A DNA stretch of 64,000 nucleotides from an uncultured Pelagibacteraceae bacterium (GTDB taxonomy: Bacteria; Pseudomonadota; Alphaproteobacteria; Pelagibacterales; Pelagibacteraceae), in NCBI GenBank assembly GCA_902519945.1, contig CABYLY010000002.1, positions 45,356 through 109,355 on the forward strand, in the 5' to 3' direction. The translations under genes and the position numbers were made by a program. The notes beneath the pieces were generated by a model. The model worked only from the letters and a program-made list of their open reading frames with translations. It ran no database searches and was not told the DNA's origin. Each line of letters begins with the position of its first letter. Within the stretch, counting starts at the first letter, position 1. Positions 1-12,300 of this stretch are shown piece after piece.

Positions 1-833
1 CAAATAGTGTCTCCAACCTTTGTTTCTGATAAAACTTTTATTCCAGTAGTAATAAAACCAATCTCACCGGCATTTAATTCATTTACGTCTTTAGGCTTAG
101 GTGTGAATACACCAACTTTTTCAATGACATAATCTTGATTAGTTGAAAGCATTTTGATTTTCATATTTTTAGTTATTTTACCGTTTATAACTCTTACTAA
201 TATTACTACTCCAAGGTATGTGTCATACCAACTGTCTACTAATAAACATTTTAAATCTTGATCTAAATTACCTTTTGGTCCAGGTAATTGATTTATTATT
301 TGTTCTAATATCTCATCAATTCCTTCTCCAGTTTTTCCAGAGCACGGAATTGCATTTTCAGTATCAATCCCAATCACATCTTCAATTTGTTTACTAGTTC
401 TCTCTAAATCTGATGCGGGTAAATCAATTTTATTGAGAACTGGAATTATTTCATGATTAATATCTAAAGCCTGATAGACATTGGCTAATGTTTGTGCTTC
501 AACACCCTGGGTACTATCAACTATTAGAATAGATCCTTCGCACGCATAAAGAGATCTACTGACCTCATAACTAAAATCAACATGCCCTGGAGTATCTATT
601 ATATTTAATATATATTCTTTTCCATTTTTGGCCTTATAGTTTAATTTTACTGTTTGTGCTTTAATTGTTATTCCTCTTTCTCTCTCAATATCCATAGAAT
701 CTAAAACTTGGGCTTTCATTTCCCTCTCTGTTAAACCTCCACATCTATGAATAATCCTATCTGCGATTGTTGATTTACCATGATCAATATGAGCAATAAT
801 GGAAAAATTTCTTATATTGTCGATAGTATTCAT
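1..833 (-). CDS. lepA: Elongation factor 4 (LepA), 3' end outside window
   Basis: Manual translation from ATG at 833: [22 protein letters not shown]...[18 protein letters not shown]...[17 protein letters not shown], the LepA GTPase motifs; not in ORF track. Confidence 0.97.
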   Translation of the reverse strand, partial: MNTIDNIRNFSIIAHIDHGKSTIADRIIHRCGGLTEREMKAQVLDSMDIERERGITIKAQTVKLNYKAKNGKEYILNIIDTPGHVDFSYEVSRSLYACEGSILIVDSTQGVEAQTLANVYQALDINHEIIPVLNKIDLPASDLERTSKQIEDVIGIDTENAIPCSGKTGEGIDEILEQIINQLPGPKGNLDQDLKCLLVDSWYDTYLGVVILVRVINGKITKNMKIKMLSTNQDYVIEKVGVFTPKPKDVNELNAGEIGFITTGIKVLSETKVGDTI

Positions 834-840
834 TTAGATA

Positions 841-3252
841 TTAAGATCGAATTTTAGCGCCTGTTTTATTTTCAACACTTTGAATTATTGAATTGTTAAT
901 TTTTTCTAAATCAGTTTCGTTTAATGTTTTTTCAGATGACTGAATAGTCACACTAATTGCGATTGATTTTTGATTTTCAGGAATATTATCTCCTTCATAG
1001 ACATCAAATATCTTAATATTGCTAAGTAAATCTTGATCCACACTTGAAACAGCATTAATCAAATCCTGAGCATTAACATCTTTATTTACAACAAATGCAA
1101 AATCTCTCTCGGATTTTTGATAATCTGAAAAAGAAAATTTTGTCTTTTGATCGTTTAATGTTTTGTTAGATAGTTTAAGATTATCTATGAAAATTTCAAA
1201 GCCGACTAAGGCATCTGTTTTAAGGTCAATCTTTTTTAAAATATTGGGATGAATTTCGCCAAAATAGGCCGCTATTTGATCTTTTCCTCTATTCAAAAAA
1301 ATTCTGCCTGATTTACCAGGATGGTAGTAATTAGGTGTTTTGTTATCAATAAAAAATTGATCAGAATTATAGCCAGCTTCAATAAGAGTTTGAATAACAT
1401 CTCTTTTAACATCAAAAACATCAACATTTCTCTCTTTTTCAATCCATGATAATCTAGATTTTTTTCCTGCTGACAATCCACAAACTACTGTATTTTGGTC
1501 GCCAGGATTAGAACCTGTAAAAATAGGACCTATTTCAAATATTGATAAATCTTTAAAACCTCTATCAAGATTTTTATTTATATACATAACTAAATTTGAA
1601 AATATAGAATTTCTTAAAACATCTAGCTCAGAACTTATTGGATTTACAATCTTAATTTCTTTTTTTGAGTCCTTAAAATGATTATTATAACTAGAGTCTG
1701 TGAAAGACCAAGTAATTGCCTCTAAATAACCTTTTGATGCAACTGATCTTTGCAAGAAATGGAATAATCTTTGAGATTTATTTAAAGTAGGTTTTTTTCT
1801 TTTTTTGATTGGATCTATAATTTTAATCTTATTATAGCCACTTATTCTTGCTAATTCCTCAACAATATCAATCTCTTGTAAAATATCCGGTCTCCATGAA
1901 GGAATAGTTAATCTTAAATTTTTCTTTTCATTTTTACATTTAAAACCTAGATCCTCTAAAATTTTGACCATCTCTTGAAGAGAAATTTTAAACCCAGATA
2001 TTTTTTCAAACAGATCTGGTTTAAATGATATATTTTTTAATTTAAATGTTTCAATTTTTTGAATATCAATTTTGCTAATTTCTCCACCACAAATTTCTTT
2101 AATTAGTTTAGCTGCTTTGTTAAGACCCTGTTCGATAGACAGAGGATCAATACCTCTTTCAAATCTAAACTTTGCATCAGTATCAAGATTCAATTTTTTT
2201 GCTGTGTTTCTTATTGATCTAGGATCAAAGTAGGCCGACTCTAATAATATATTTTTTGTATCAAACTCTGTGCTTGATCTTATTCCTCCAATAATTCCAC
2301 CTAAACCTAAAACTCCTTTATTATCACTGATAACACACATGCCTTTTTCTAATTTATATTTTTTATTATCAAGTGCAGTAAACTCTTCTCCTGATTTAGA
2401 ATTACGAACTATTATTCTTTTTTCAATTTTGTCTGCGTCGTATGCATGTAATGGACGATTAATGTCAAGCATAACATAATTTGTAATGTCAACTATTGCT
2501 GAAATTGGTTTTTGACCTACTGAAATCAATTTATTTTTAAGCCATTTAGGACTTTCAGTATTTTTAACATTTGTAATTAAACAACTTCCAAAAACACTAC
2601 ATCCTTGACCTTTTTCCTTAGTTATTTTTACTTTAAGAGTTTGTTTTATTTTTGAATTAAACTTTTTTTCTTTTTGATCTATTAATTTTCCAAAGCCTGA
2701 TGCTGAAAGATCTCTAGCTATTCCTCTGATACCAAGACAATCTGGTCTATTAGGAGTAATTGATAAATCAATTAAATTTGATTTTAATTTTGATTTTGAA
2801 AAGTAACTCTCTCCAATTTTTTTTTCTAATTTTGAAGATAATTCGATAATCCCCTCACTCTCATCTGATAAATTCAATTCAGACTCAGAACAAAGCATTC
2901 CATAAGAAGTAACACCTCTAATTTTTGCCACCGTTAACTTTGTTTCCGTTTTTGGAATGGTTGCATTGGGAGGTGCATAAACAGTAATTAATCCCTGTCT
3001 CGCATTATCAGCTCCACAAACGACTTTCTTTACATCTTTATTTCCAATATTTACATCACAAATTTTAAGTCGATCTGCATTTGGGTGTTTTTCAACTTTA
3101 ATTATTTTTGCTATTTTAAATAATTCTACATCAGCAGAAAGGCTTTCTACACTTTCTACTTCTAATCCAATATTTGTGAGATGTTCTAAAAGATCTTTTT
3201 CTTTTAAATTTGTCTTTAAATGATCTTTCAGCCAATCAAAGGTAATCTTCAT
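841..3252 (-). CDS. pheT: Phenylalanyl-tRNA synthetase beta subunit
   Basis: 803 aa; [22 protein letters not shown] and C-terminal anticodon-binding (ERDFAFVV) motifs; follows pheS. Confidence 0.98.
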   Translation of the reverse strand: MKITFDWLKDHLKTNLKEKDLLEHLTNIGLEVESVESLSADVELFKIAKIIKVEKHPNADRLKICDVNIGNKDVKKVVCGADNARQGLITVYAPPNATIPKTETKLTVAKIRGVTSYGMLCSESELNLSDESEGIIELSSKLEKKIGESYFSKSKLKSNLIDLSITPNRPDCLGIRGIARDLSASGFGKLIDQKEKKFNSKIKQTLKVKITKEKGQGCSVFGSCLITNVKNTESPKWLKNKLISVGQKPISAIVDITNYVMLDINRPLHAYDADKIEKRIIVRNSKSGEEFTALDNKKYKLEKGMCVISDNKGVLGLGGIIGGIRSSTEFDTKNILLESAYFDPRSIRNTAKKLNLDTDAKFRFERGIDPLSIEQGLNKAAKLIKEICGGEISKIDIQKIETFKLKNISFKPDLFEKISGFKISLQEMVKILEDLGFKCKNEKKNLRLTIPSWRPDILQEIDIVEELARISGYNKIKIIDPIKKRKKPTLNKSQRLFHFLQRSVASKGYLEAITWSFTDSSYNNHFKDSKKEIKIVNPISSELDVLRNSIFSNLVMYINKNLDRGFKDLSIFEIGPIFTGSNPGDQNTVVCGLSAGKKSRLSWIEKERNVDVFDVKRDVIQTLIEAGYNSDQFFIDNKTPNYYHPGKSGRIFLNRGKDQIAAYFGEIHPNILKKIDLKTDALVGFEIFIDNLKLSNKTLNDQKTKFSFSDYQKSERDFAFVVNKDVNAQDLINAVSSVDQDLLSNIKIFDVYEGDNIPENQKSIAISVTIQSSEKTLNETDLEKINNSIIQSVENKTGAKIRS

Positions 3253-4316
3253 CTACTTAAGCCTCTATAATTTGATGGTACGTCTAGTGGATCAAATCCA
3301 AAATGACTTAGCCATCTATAATCACAATCGAAGAATGCTCTTAAATCGTTTATGCCATACTTCAACATTGCAAGTCTATCAATACCGATACCAAATGCAT
3401 ACCCTTGATACTTCGCTGCATCTACATTTACATTTTTTAAAACATTGGGGTGAACCATTCCACATCCTAAAATCTCAAGCCATTGATCACCTTCACCAAC
3501 AATTATTTTTCCATCTTTCATCTCGTAACCAATATCAACTTCAGCTGATGGTTCTGTAAAAGGAAAATGACTAGGTCTAAATCTCATTTTAATTTTATCA
3601 ACCTCAAAAAACTCTTTTATAAAATAATTTAAACATCCTTTTAAGTGGCCCATATTAATGTCTTTATCTATATGCAAACCTTCAACCTGATGAAACATAG
3701 GAGCATGAGTTTGATCACTATCTGATCTATAAGTTCTTCCTGGTGCAATAATTTTAAAAGGTGGTTTATCTTTTATCATTGTTCTGATTTGAACTGGAGA
3801 TGTATGTGTTCGTAATAAATTTTGTTTTTTTTCATCTAAATAAAATGTGTCGTGCATATCCCTTGCTGGATGATTTTCAGGAGTATTTAAAGCTGTGAAA
3901 TTGTTATATTCATTTTCTACATCTGGACCTTCCTCGACACTAAAACCTATTTCAGAAAAAATAGATGATATTTCATCGATTGTTTGGGACACAGGATGAA
4001 TCTTTCCTCTTACAAAAGATCGCTCAGGTAAAGTAATATCTATTCTTTCTTGCTCTAATTTTTTGTTTATTTCTGTGTTTTCAGCCTCATTTATTTTAGA
4101 ATTAATTAAGCTTTGTAGTTCATCTTTGATAATGTTTAAGTCGGAAGCAAATTTTTTTTTTTCACTCTCAGCAATTGTTCCTATTTTTTTAAATTGTGTT
4201 GAAATCAGTCCATTTTTTCCAAATAGCTCTGATTTAATTTGATTTATTTCTGAGAGATTTGATTTCCCTCTTAGTTTTGAAAGAAACTCATCTTTTAATT
4301 TTTTAAGATCAGACAT
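3249..4316 (-). CDS. pheS: Phenylalanyl-tRNA synthetase alpha subunit
   Basis: [43 protein letters not shown] class II motifs. Confidence 0.98.
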   Translation of the reverse strand: MSDLKKLKDEFLSKLRGKSNLSEINQIKSELFGKNGLISTQFKKIGTIAESEKKKFASDLNIIKDELQSLINSKINEAENTEINKKLEQERIDITLPERSFVRGKIHPVSQTIDEISSIFSEIGFSVEEGPDVENEYNNFTALNTPENHPARDMHDTFYLDEKKQNLLRTHTSPVQIRTMIKDKPPFKIIAPGRTYRSDSDQTHAPMFHQVEGLHIDKDINMGHLKGCLNYFIKEFFEVDKIKMRFRPSHFPFTEPSAEVDIGYEMKDGKIIVGEGDQWLEILGCGMVHPNVLKNVNVDAAKYQGYAFGIGIDRLAMLKYGINDLRAFFDCDYRWLSHFGFDPLDVPSNYRGLSR

Positions 4317-4359
4317 TTTTACAGATTATTTCTTCACAGAAATAAAACAATAGTGAAGA

Positions 4360-4716
4360 TTAATTTAAAGCAGATTGTGCTTTTTGGACAATAGATTTAA
4401 AGGCTTCTGGGCTATCATATGCTATTTCTGCTAAAATTTTTCGATCTAGTTTTATTCCACATTTATTAAGACCATTAATAAATTTAGAATATGTAAGCCC
4501 CTCCGCTCTTACGCCAGCATTAATTCTTTGGATCCATAGAGATTTAAAATCTCTTTTTTTATTTCTACGATCTCTGTAGGCATATTGCATTGCCTTTTCC
4601 ATTGCTTGCTTAGCAACTCTAATAGTATTTTTTCTTCTACCCCACTGACCTTTAACAGCTTTTAAAACCTTTTTATGCTTAGCTTTACTTGTTACACCTC
4701 TTTTAACTCTTGCCAT
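4360..4716 (-). CDS. rplT: 50S ribosomal protein L20
   Basis: MARVKRGV...YAYRDRR...LWIQRINA signature. Confidence 0.98.
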   Translation of the reverse strand: MARVKRGVTSKAKHKKVLKAVKGQWGRRKNTIRVAKQAMEKAMQYAYRDRRNKKRDFKSLWIQRINAGVRAEGLTYSKFINGLNKCGIKLDRKILAEIAYDSPEAFKSIVQKAQSALN

Positions 4717-4717
4717 T

Positions 4718-4924
4718 TTAACCTCTTAAACTATAAGGCATGTACGATTTAACAATTTTTCCATCTTGTTTTGACATCGTAGTTGTACCTCTTAATTTTC
4801 TTATTTGAGAATTCGATCTTTTAATCATTCCATGCCTTTTACCAGCTTGAGCCATAATCACTTTGCCTTTAGCTGATATCTTAAATCTTTTTTTTGCTGA
4901 GCTTTTTGTTTTTAGTTTAGGCAT
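4718..4924 (-). CDS. rpmI: 50S ribosomal protein L35
   Basis: [15 protein letters not shown] signature; between infC and rplT. Confidence 0.97.
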   Translation of the reverse strand: MPKLKTKSSAKKRFKISAKGKVIMAQAGKRHGMIKRSNSQIRKLRGTTTMSKQDGKIVKSYMPYSLRG

Positions 4925-4935
4925 AATTTTGCGAG

Positions 4936-4964
4936 TTTATACTAGGAAGGATGAAAATTTACAA
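4936..4964 (-). promoter_or_regulatory. Putative sigma70 promoter for rpmI-rplT
   Basis: TTGTAA (4964-4959), N17, TATAAA (4941-4936), 11 nt before the rpmI ATG. Confidence 0.5.
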
Positions 4965-4977
4965 CAAATATTAAAGC

Positions 4978-5523
4978 TTATAAAGGCTGAATAACCATTA
5001 TCATTTGTTTTCCATCAAATTTTGGGTGTAACTCTACCTTACCTATTTCTTTCATATCTTCTTTAATTTTAGTCATTAATTCATTGCCTAAATGGGAGTG
5101 CTGAAGTTCACGACCTTTAAATCTAATGGTGAATTTTACTTTATCGCCTTTAGCAATAAATTTTTTTGCATTCTTTACTTTAAACTCATAATCGTGAGTT
5201 TCTGTAACTGGCCTCATCTTAATTTCTTTTAAAGCAATAATCTTTTGTTTCTTTTTAGCTAAATTAGCTTTTTTTTGAGCATCATATTTAAACTTACCCA
5301 TGTCCATAATCTTGCAGACAGGCGGGTTTGCATTTGGCGCTATTTCAATTAAATCTAATCCTTGATTTTTTGCTTTTGATATCGCCTCATTAGTGTTCAA
5401 AACACCAAGATTCTGACCATCACTAGCTATAACTTGAACTTCAGGAGATGAAATTCTATTGTTAGATCTAGGTCCACGATCTTTAGTTCTTTTTTGAAAA
5501 TAATTTTGTTTAAAATCTGCCAC
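4978..5523 (-). CDS. infC: Translation initiation factor IF-3
   Basis: LDLIEIAPNANPPVCKIMDMGK, DKVKFTIRFKGRE; GTG start abutting the thrS stop. Confidence 0.97.
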   Translation of the reverse strand: MADFKQNYFQKRTKDRGPRSNNRISSPEVQVIASDGQNLGVLNTNEAISKAKNQGLDLIEIAPNANPPVCKIMDMGKFKYDAQKKANLAKKKQKIIALKEIKMRPVTETHDYEFKVKNAKKFIAKGDKVKFTIRFKGRELQHSHLGNELMTKIKEDMKEIGKVELHPKFDGKQMIMVIQPL

Positions 5524-7443
5524 TTATTTTGATGACGCTTTGTTTAAAGCAGAGAAAGTTTTTAAAAATGTTTTTAATTCCATATTTTCTTGTTTATTAG
5601 AGTCTAATCTTCTAATGGTTACAGAATTGGAGTCAACTTCTTTTTTACCACAAATCAGTAGAATTGGTATCTTGGCTAAAGAATGATCTCTTATTTTATA
5701 ATTTAAATTGTTATTTTTTAAATCTACTGAAGAACTCATGCCTGAATTTTTAATTTTTTCACAAACTTTAATAGCATAGTCGTTGAATTCCTCGGATATA
5801 GGAATCACCATTGTTTGTAATGGAGATATCCAGAAAGGAAACTTTCCTGCATAATTTTCAATTAATATACCTATAAATCTTTCTAAAGAGCCAAATAAAG
5901 CTCTATGAAGCATAACCGGCACTTTTTTTGTTCCATCTTTATCTACGTATGAGGCACCTAGTCTACCTGGCAAATTAAAGTCGACTTGTAAAGTTCCACA
6001 TTGCCAATCTCTTCCAATAGCATCTCTCAAAACAAATTCAATTTTAGGTCCATAGAACGCACCTTCACCTTTATTTATACTATATTCTAATTTAGTTGCT
6101 TTAACTGCTTCCAATAAAGCAGATTCTGCTTTATCCCATACACTATCATCTCCAACTCTTAACTCAGGTCTATCAGAATATTTTAAAATAACATTTTCAA
6201 AACCTAAATCTTTATAAATTTCTAAAATAAGATTCGTTACTATCAAGCACTCTTGGGTAATTTGATCTTCGGTACAAAATATATGAGCATCGTCTTGAGT
6301 GAAGGCTCTTACCCTTAACAAACCATGCAATGCCCCTGAGGGCTCATAACGGTGAACTTTTCCAAACTCTGACATCTTTAAAGGTAAATCTTTATAGCTC
6401 TTGAGGCCTTGATTAAAAACTTCAATACAACCTGGGCAATTCATAGGCTTTACTGCAAAAATTTTTTCATCTGGAGTAGTTGTAGTATACATATTCGCCC
6501 CAAATTTCTCCCAGTGTCCAGATTTTTCCCACAAACTTCTGTCTAAAACTTCTGGAGTATTTATTTCTTTATAACCAGCAATATTTTGTTTCATTCTCAT
6601 ATAATCGATTAATTTTTGAAATAAAGTCCAACCTTTTTCATGCCAAAAAACTGAGCCTGGACTTTCCTCTCTAAAATGAAATAAATCCATTTCTTTTCCT
6701 AATTTTCTATGATCTCTTTTTTCTGCTTCTTCAATCCTATTTAAATAATCATCCAACTCTTTTTGATTAGCCCAGCCTGTTCCATAAATTCTTTGGAGCA
6801 TTTCATTATTTGAGTCTCCACGCCAATAGGCTCCCGAAACTTTTGTTAGTTTAAATGCTTTACCAATTTTGCCAGATGATACTAAATGAGGACCTCTGCA
6901 TAAATCATGCCATGTTTCACCATGATGATAAACAGAAAGCTCTTCGGTCTCTGGAATACTCTCAATTATTTCAGCCTTATATTTCTCACCAATTTTTTTA
7001 AAATGGCTTATTGCTTTATCTCTTTCCCAAACCTCTCTTCTTGTTTTGACATCTTTATCAATAATTTCTGACATTCTTTTCTCTATTTTTTTTAAATCAT
7101 CCTCTGTAAAAGGTTCCTTTCGAGCAAAATCGTAATAAAAGCCATTTTCAATTACTGGCCCAATAGTTACCTGAGTTCCTGGATACAATTCTTGAACAGC
7201 CATGGCCATTATATGTGCAGTATCATGTCGTATAACTTCTAAACCCTCAGGATCTTTTGAGGTAAAAATTTTAACTGAGCAATCTTTATCAATAGAAAAA
7301 TATAAATCTTTTAATTGACCATCTACACTCATAATTAGTGCTTGTTTTGAGAGAGATTTACTAATCTTATCTGCAATTTCCAATCCAGTAACTTCTTTTT
7401 GGAAATTTAAAGTTTTTCCGTCAGGTAATGAAATTATAGGCAT
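5524..7443 (-). CDS. thrS: Threonyl-tRNA synthetase
   Basis: DLCRGPH, RDHRKLG, KPMNCPG, WQCGTLQVDF motifs. Confidence 0.98.
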   Translation of the reverse strand: MPIISLPDGKTLNFQKEVTGLEIADKISKSLSKQALIMSVDGQLKDLYFSIDKDCSVKIFTSKDPEGLEVIRHDTAHIMAMAVQELYPGTQVTIGPVIENGFYYDFARKEPFTEDDLKKIEKRMSEIIDKDVKTRREVWERDKAISHFKKIGEKYKAEIIESIPETEELSVYHHGETWHDLCRGPHLVSSGKIGKAFKLTKVSGAYWRGDSNNEMLQRIYGTGWANQKELDDYLNRIEEAEKRDHRKLGKEMDLFHFREESPGSVFWHEKGWTLFQKLIDYMRMKQNIAGYKEINTPEVLDRSLWEKSGHWEKFGANMYTTTTPDEKIFAVKPMNCPGCIEVFNQGLKSYKDLPLKMSEFGKVHRYEPSGALHGLLRVRAFTQDDAHIFCTEDQITQECLIVTNLILEIYKDLGFENVILKYSDRPELRVGDDSVWDKAESALLEAVKATKLEYSINKGEGAFYGPKIEFVLRDAIGRDWQCGTLQVDFNLPGRLGASYVDKDGTKKVPVMLHRALFGSLERFIGILIENYAGKFPFWISPLQTMVIPISEEFNDYAIKVCEKIKNSGMSSSVDLKNNNLNYKIRDHSLAKIPILLICGKKEVDSNSVTIRRLDSNKQENMELKTFLKTFSALNKASSK

Positions 7444-8598
7444 TTAATTTAATAATCTTTTATACTCTGAATAAGTAGAAAAACACATTTTTTCAACATT
7501 AAATTTTTTAATTATGTTTTTTCTAGCTTCTTCACCTATTAATTTAATTGTTGCCTCATCCATAGTTAATGCTTGTATAATCTTTTTACTAAGTGAAGCC
7601 GCATCTCCAGAGTCAAATAAAATACCAGTTTTCCCATTAATAATTGTTTCATTCGATCCACCAATATTGCTAGCAATTATTAATTTTTTCATTGATTGTG
7701 CTTCAACAGCAACTCTACCAAATGCCTCTGGTTCAATTGATGCAGAAACAACAATATCGGATACTTTGTAAGCCAATGCCATATCTTCACAATGATCAAT
7801 GAATTTTATTTGATTAGAAAGATTGTATTGTTCTGTCAAATTAACTAATTTTTTTTTATATAAGTCTCTGCCTTGTTCGCTCCCAAGGATTACTACATGA
7901 AAAGCCTCATAACCTAACTCAGTTTTTACTAAGTGAATTGACTTTAAAAATAACTCTTGTCCTTTCCACGAAGTTAACCTACCTGGCATCAATATAATTT
8001 TCTTTTCTTTATTAATCTCCCATTTTTGAAGAAGTTTTTTTTCTTCTTCCTCTAATTTTGTTGAGCAATCAAAATAATCAACATTAATTCCTCTAAAAAT
8101 TACTAAAAATTTTTTTGATGATTTCAAAAATTCAGAATAATTTTCATTTATGTGCGAAAAAATAAAATTAGAACCCGCAATTATCAGGTCTGATCGCACC
8201 ATAACTGAATTATAAAATTTTTTAATTTTTCCTTTAAAGTTGTATGTTCCGTGAAATGTTGTAACAAACTTTCTTCGTGTCAGTTTTGTAGCTAACAAAC
8301 AAGACCACGCAGGTGCTCTACTTCTTGCGTGAACAATTGTAATATTATAAAGCAAAATAATTCCAACTAATAAAAAACTATTCAATAAAATTAATATAGG
8401 ATTTTTGCTATGGACAGGTAGCTTTATTAATTTTACCTTTTTTTTATCAACAAATTTTGTCAATTCGCCACCGCTTGTGACTATGAATGATTTACAATTA
8501 TTTTCTGGTAAATAGTGAGCAATATCATAACAACCAGTTTCTGCACCACCATATCCCAACTTAGGGATCACTTGTAAAACTTTTATATTAGACGTCAT
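7444..8598 (-). CDS. Glycosyltransferase family 4 (GT-B)
   Basis: GGAE, HARSRAPAW, EPEAFGRVAVEAQ motifs; start re-called at MTSNIKVLQV (8598) to avoid overlap with the divergent gene. Confidence 0.88.
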   Translation of the reverse strand: MTSNIKVLQVIPKLGYGGAETGCYDIAHYLPENNCKSFIVTSGGELTKFVDKKKVKLIKLPVHSKNPILILLNSFLLVGIILLYNITIVHARSRAPAWSCLLATKLTRRKFVTTFHGTYNFKGKIKKFYNSVMVRSDLIIAGSNFIFSHINENYSEFLKSSKKFLVIFRGINVDYFDCSTKLEEEEKKLLQKWEINKEKKIILMPGRLTSWKGQELFLKSIHLVKTELGYEAFHVVILGSEQGRDLYKKKLVNLTEQYNLSNQIKFIDHCEDMALAYKVSDIVVSASIEPEAFGRVAVEAQSMKKLIIASNIGGSNETIINGKTGILFDSGDAASLSKKIIQALTMDEATIKLIGEEARKNIIKKFNVEKMCFSTYSEYKRLLN

Positions 8599-8639
8599 TT
8601 GAAAGATTATATAATAATAGATTAAACTAATAAACTTTA

Positions 8640-9386
8640 ATGACAAATTTCAATTATTTCAAAATTTCTAAATCAAAAAAAATCAGGTATTTAAAATATT
8701 TTAGAAAAAAAGCTACTTACATAGTTTTTTTGCACGGATTTATGTCAGATTTAGAGGGTAGCAAACCAAAAGCATTTTATGAATTCGCAAAAAAGAACAA
8801 TCTTGGATTTTTAGCACTTGAATATTCTGGTCATGGCAAGTCATATGGTAAATTTATTGATGGTAACATTTCCTCATGGAGTAAAGACGTTAAAATTCTT
8901 ATAAAAAAAATTGTCAGAAACAATAAAATGATACTAGTTGGCTCAAGTATGGGGTCGTGGATTTCCTTAAATCAATTTAAATATTTCAAAAAAAAAATTT
9001 GTGGATTTTTAGGAATAGGCTCAGCTCCAGAATTTTTAGAACATCTCATGTGGAAAAAATTTTCAATAAGAAAGAAAAAGGAAATAGTAAAAAAAGGTAT
9101 AATTAATTTAAAACATGGGGATTATGAATACCCTATTACCTATCAATTAATCAAAGATGGTAGAAAAAATAAAATTTTAAATAAGAAAATAAATCAAAAT
9201 ATAAAAGTAACGATGATTCATGGAAGTAAAGATAAATCTGTTCCTGTGATTTATTCTAAAAAAATTTTGGAAATTTTTAAATCAAAAAAAAAGAAATTGG
9301 TGATTATTAAAAATGGTGACCACAGTTTATCCTCACCTAAATGGTTAAATATATTAAAGAAAGAATTAGAATTGATAACTAACTAA
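8640..9386 (+). CDS. Alpha/beta hydrolase
   Basis: FLHGFMSD, GSSMG nucleophile elbow, HGSKD, GDHSLS. Confidence 0.88.
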   Translation: MTNFNYFKISKSKKIRYLKYFRKKATYIVFLHGFMSDLEGSKPKAFYEFAKKNNLGFLALEYSGHGKSYGKFIDGNISSWSKDVKILIKKIVRNNKMILVGSSMGSWISLNQFKYFKKKICGFLGIGSAPEFLEHLMWKKFSIRKKKEIVKKGIINLKHGDYEYPITYQLIKDGRKNKILNKKINQNIKVTMIHGSKDKSVPVIYSKKILEIFKSKKKKLVIIKNGDHSLSSPKWLNILKKELELITN

Positions 9387-12300
9387 CTTTTTGTATTTTT
9401 GTTTTTGTTGAGATTGGATGATTGAGCTTATCTACCATTTCTTTAGGACAAACCTGTACAAAGTTTTTTAACTCATTTTCAAAATTATCAGCAATCTGTT
9501 TAGACAAATTTGATCCAGTTTCTTCACTATGTTCTAATACTAATTTTTTTAAGAATGCTGACCAATAGTCAGTTTCAATATTTTGCCATACAACTGAGTC
9601 TGGGTTAACTTTTTTCTCAAATTCTCTAGATTTATCATAAATAAAAGCCATTCCTCCTGTCATCCCAGCCGCAAAATTATCTCCAACATCGCCAAGAATA
9701 ACTGCTGTACCACCGGTCATATATTCACAACCATTAGAGTCACATCCTTCTATTACAGTAATGGCACCAGAATTTCTTACTGCAAACCTATCTCCAGCTT
9801 GACCGGCTGCGAAAAGTTTACCAGATGTTGCACCATATAGGACTGTATTTCCAATTATAGTATTCTCATTAGAGATCAAATTACTTTCATCAGGAAGTTT
9901 TATTGAGATAGTTGCTCCTGACAAACCTTTTCCAACGTAATCATTTGCATCGCCTTTAAGTTTAAGTTTAAGTCCTTTTGCAGCAAATGCTCCAAAAGAC
10001 TGTCCAGCAGAACCTTTAAAGTTTAAGGTTAAAAAATTCTCTTCTAATTTTTCATAACCATATTTTTTATACAAGTGATGTGAAATTCTTGTACCCACAG
10101 CCCTGTTTGTATTTTTTATTAAGAATTCATTATCTATTTTTCCCAAATTATCTAAAGCATTTTCAATTTCAGGCCAAATTTCTTGATCTAGTGTATCAGG
10201 AACTTGATTAATTTCTGTAACCTCACAGTATCTTTTATTGTTACCTGGGTCTGCTTGCACAAACAATGGGTTAAGATCTAAATCATCTAGATTAGGAGAG
10301 GCTTTGCTTACTTGCATCAATAAATCTGTTCGACCGATCACATCGTTTAATGATTTAAAACCAAGTTCAGCTAAGATTTCTCTAACTTCTGTAGCAATAA
10401 ATGTAAATAAGTTTACTATTTTATCTGGAGTACCTGTAAATTTTTCTCTCAGTTTTTCATCTTGAGTGCACACTCCAACAGGACAAGTATTGGAGTGACA
10501 TTGTCTTACCATGATACATCCCATCGCTACTAAAGCAGTAGTTGCTACGCCATATTCTTCTGCACCCATCATAGCTGCAATAACAACATCTCTTCCTGTC
10601 TTAATACCTCCATCAGTTCTTAAAGTTACTTTATGTCTTAAATTATTTAAGGTTAATACTTGATTAGCTTCAGTAAGACCCATTTCCCAGGGTATACCTA
10701 CATATTTGACACTAGTTTGTGGTGTAGCACCAGTTCCCCCATTATGTCCTGAAATTAGAATTATATCTGCTTTTGCTTTCGCAACTCCAGCTGCAATAGT
10801 ACCAACACCAGAAGATGCAACAAGCTTGACACCGATTCTTGCTTTTGGATTGATTTGTTTTAAATCATAAATAAGTTGAGCTAAATCTTCAATTGAGTAA
10901 ATATCATGATGTGGAGGTGGGGAAATCAAAGTAACTCCTGGAGTTGAGTGTCTTAATTTAGCGATTTCATCTGTTACCTTAAATCCTGGCAATTGACCAC
11001 CCTCACCAGGTTTTGCACCTTGAGCAATTTTAATCTCAATTTCATTACAATTATTTAAATAATTTACAGTCACACCAAATCTTGCTGATGCTATTTGTTT
11101 TACTCTCGAATTGGCACTATCCCCGGAGCTCATTATCTTAAATCTACTTTCATCTTCACCACCCTCTCCACTACAAGACGCACCTTTGATTCTATTCATA
11201 CCAATAGCCAATGTTTCGTGAGCTTCCTTAGAAAGTGCTCCATGAGACATACTTCCGCTTCCGAATCTCCTCAATATCTTTTCTATTGGTTCAACCTCAG
11301 AAATTTGAATTGATGGACCTAATTTCTTTTTTCTAAAATCTATTAAATCTCGTAAATTAATTGGAGGTAAATTATATATTCCTTCAGCGTATTTTTTATA
11401 TGCAGAGTAAGAATTTGAACCAACAGCACTTTGTAATAAATGAATCAATCTCCCTTGATATTGGTGTGTTTCTCCATTCTTTCTATATCTATAAATACCA
11501 CCGATTGGTAAAACTGTGTCGGTACTCTCAAAAGCCTCTTTGTGAATTGCACGTATTTTTTTTTCAATTCCTGACAATCCAATACCAGATATTTTTGAAG
11601 TCACCCCTGGAAAATAATCATCGACTATTGATCTGCTTAAGCCAACAGTTTCAAAGTTGCAACCTCCTCGGTAAGAACTTAGAACTGAAATTCCCATTTT
11701 TGACATGATCTTTAAGAGCCCTGCATTAACTGACTTAATGTATCTTTCTACACATTCATCGAAACTATATTGACCAAACAGTTTCTTTTCATGTCTTTGG
11801 TATAAGCTATCAAATGCAAGATATGGATTTACAGTTGTTGCACCAACTCCTATCAATGTTGCAAATGAATGCGTATCTAAAGCTTCACCAGATTGAACAT
11901 TAATTGAAACATATCCTCTCAATTTTTTCTCTATTAAAAATGTATTAATTGCTCCAACACACAATAGCATTGGCATAGGCATTCTTTTATTTGAAATATC
12001 TTTATCACTTAAGATTAGTTGAGTTACACCCTGTCTAACAGCAATTTCTGACTCCTTTTGAATTCTCTCAATTGAATCAAATAAGTTTTCCTCAGCTAAA
12101 AAAGTACAATCGATAGAAACAGAGTTCTTTCCAAAAAAGTTTATAAACTTATTAAATTGTGAATTTGATAATATTGGACTATTCAATACATAAATATTTT
12201 CTTTCGTTAAGGTATCAAAATCTAAAATATTGCCAAGATTACCAAATCTTGTTTTTAAACTCATAACCTTGTTTTCTCTTAAAGAGTCAATTGGTGGATT

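Noticed and set aside
8599-8646. Longest-ORF starts in the track (8646, 18477, 22897, 26866, 32768, 40163, 41739, 62216)
   Set aside because: They create implausible overlaps; downstream ATGs fit family N-termini better
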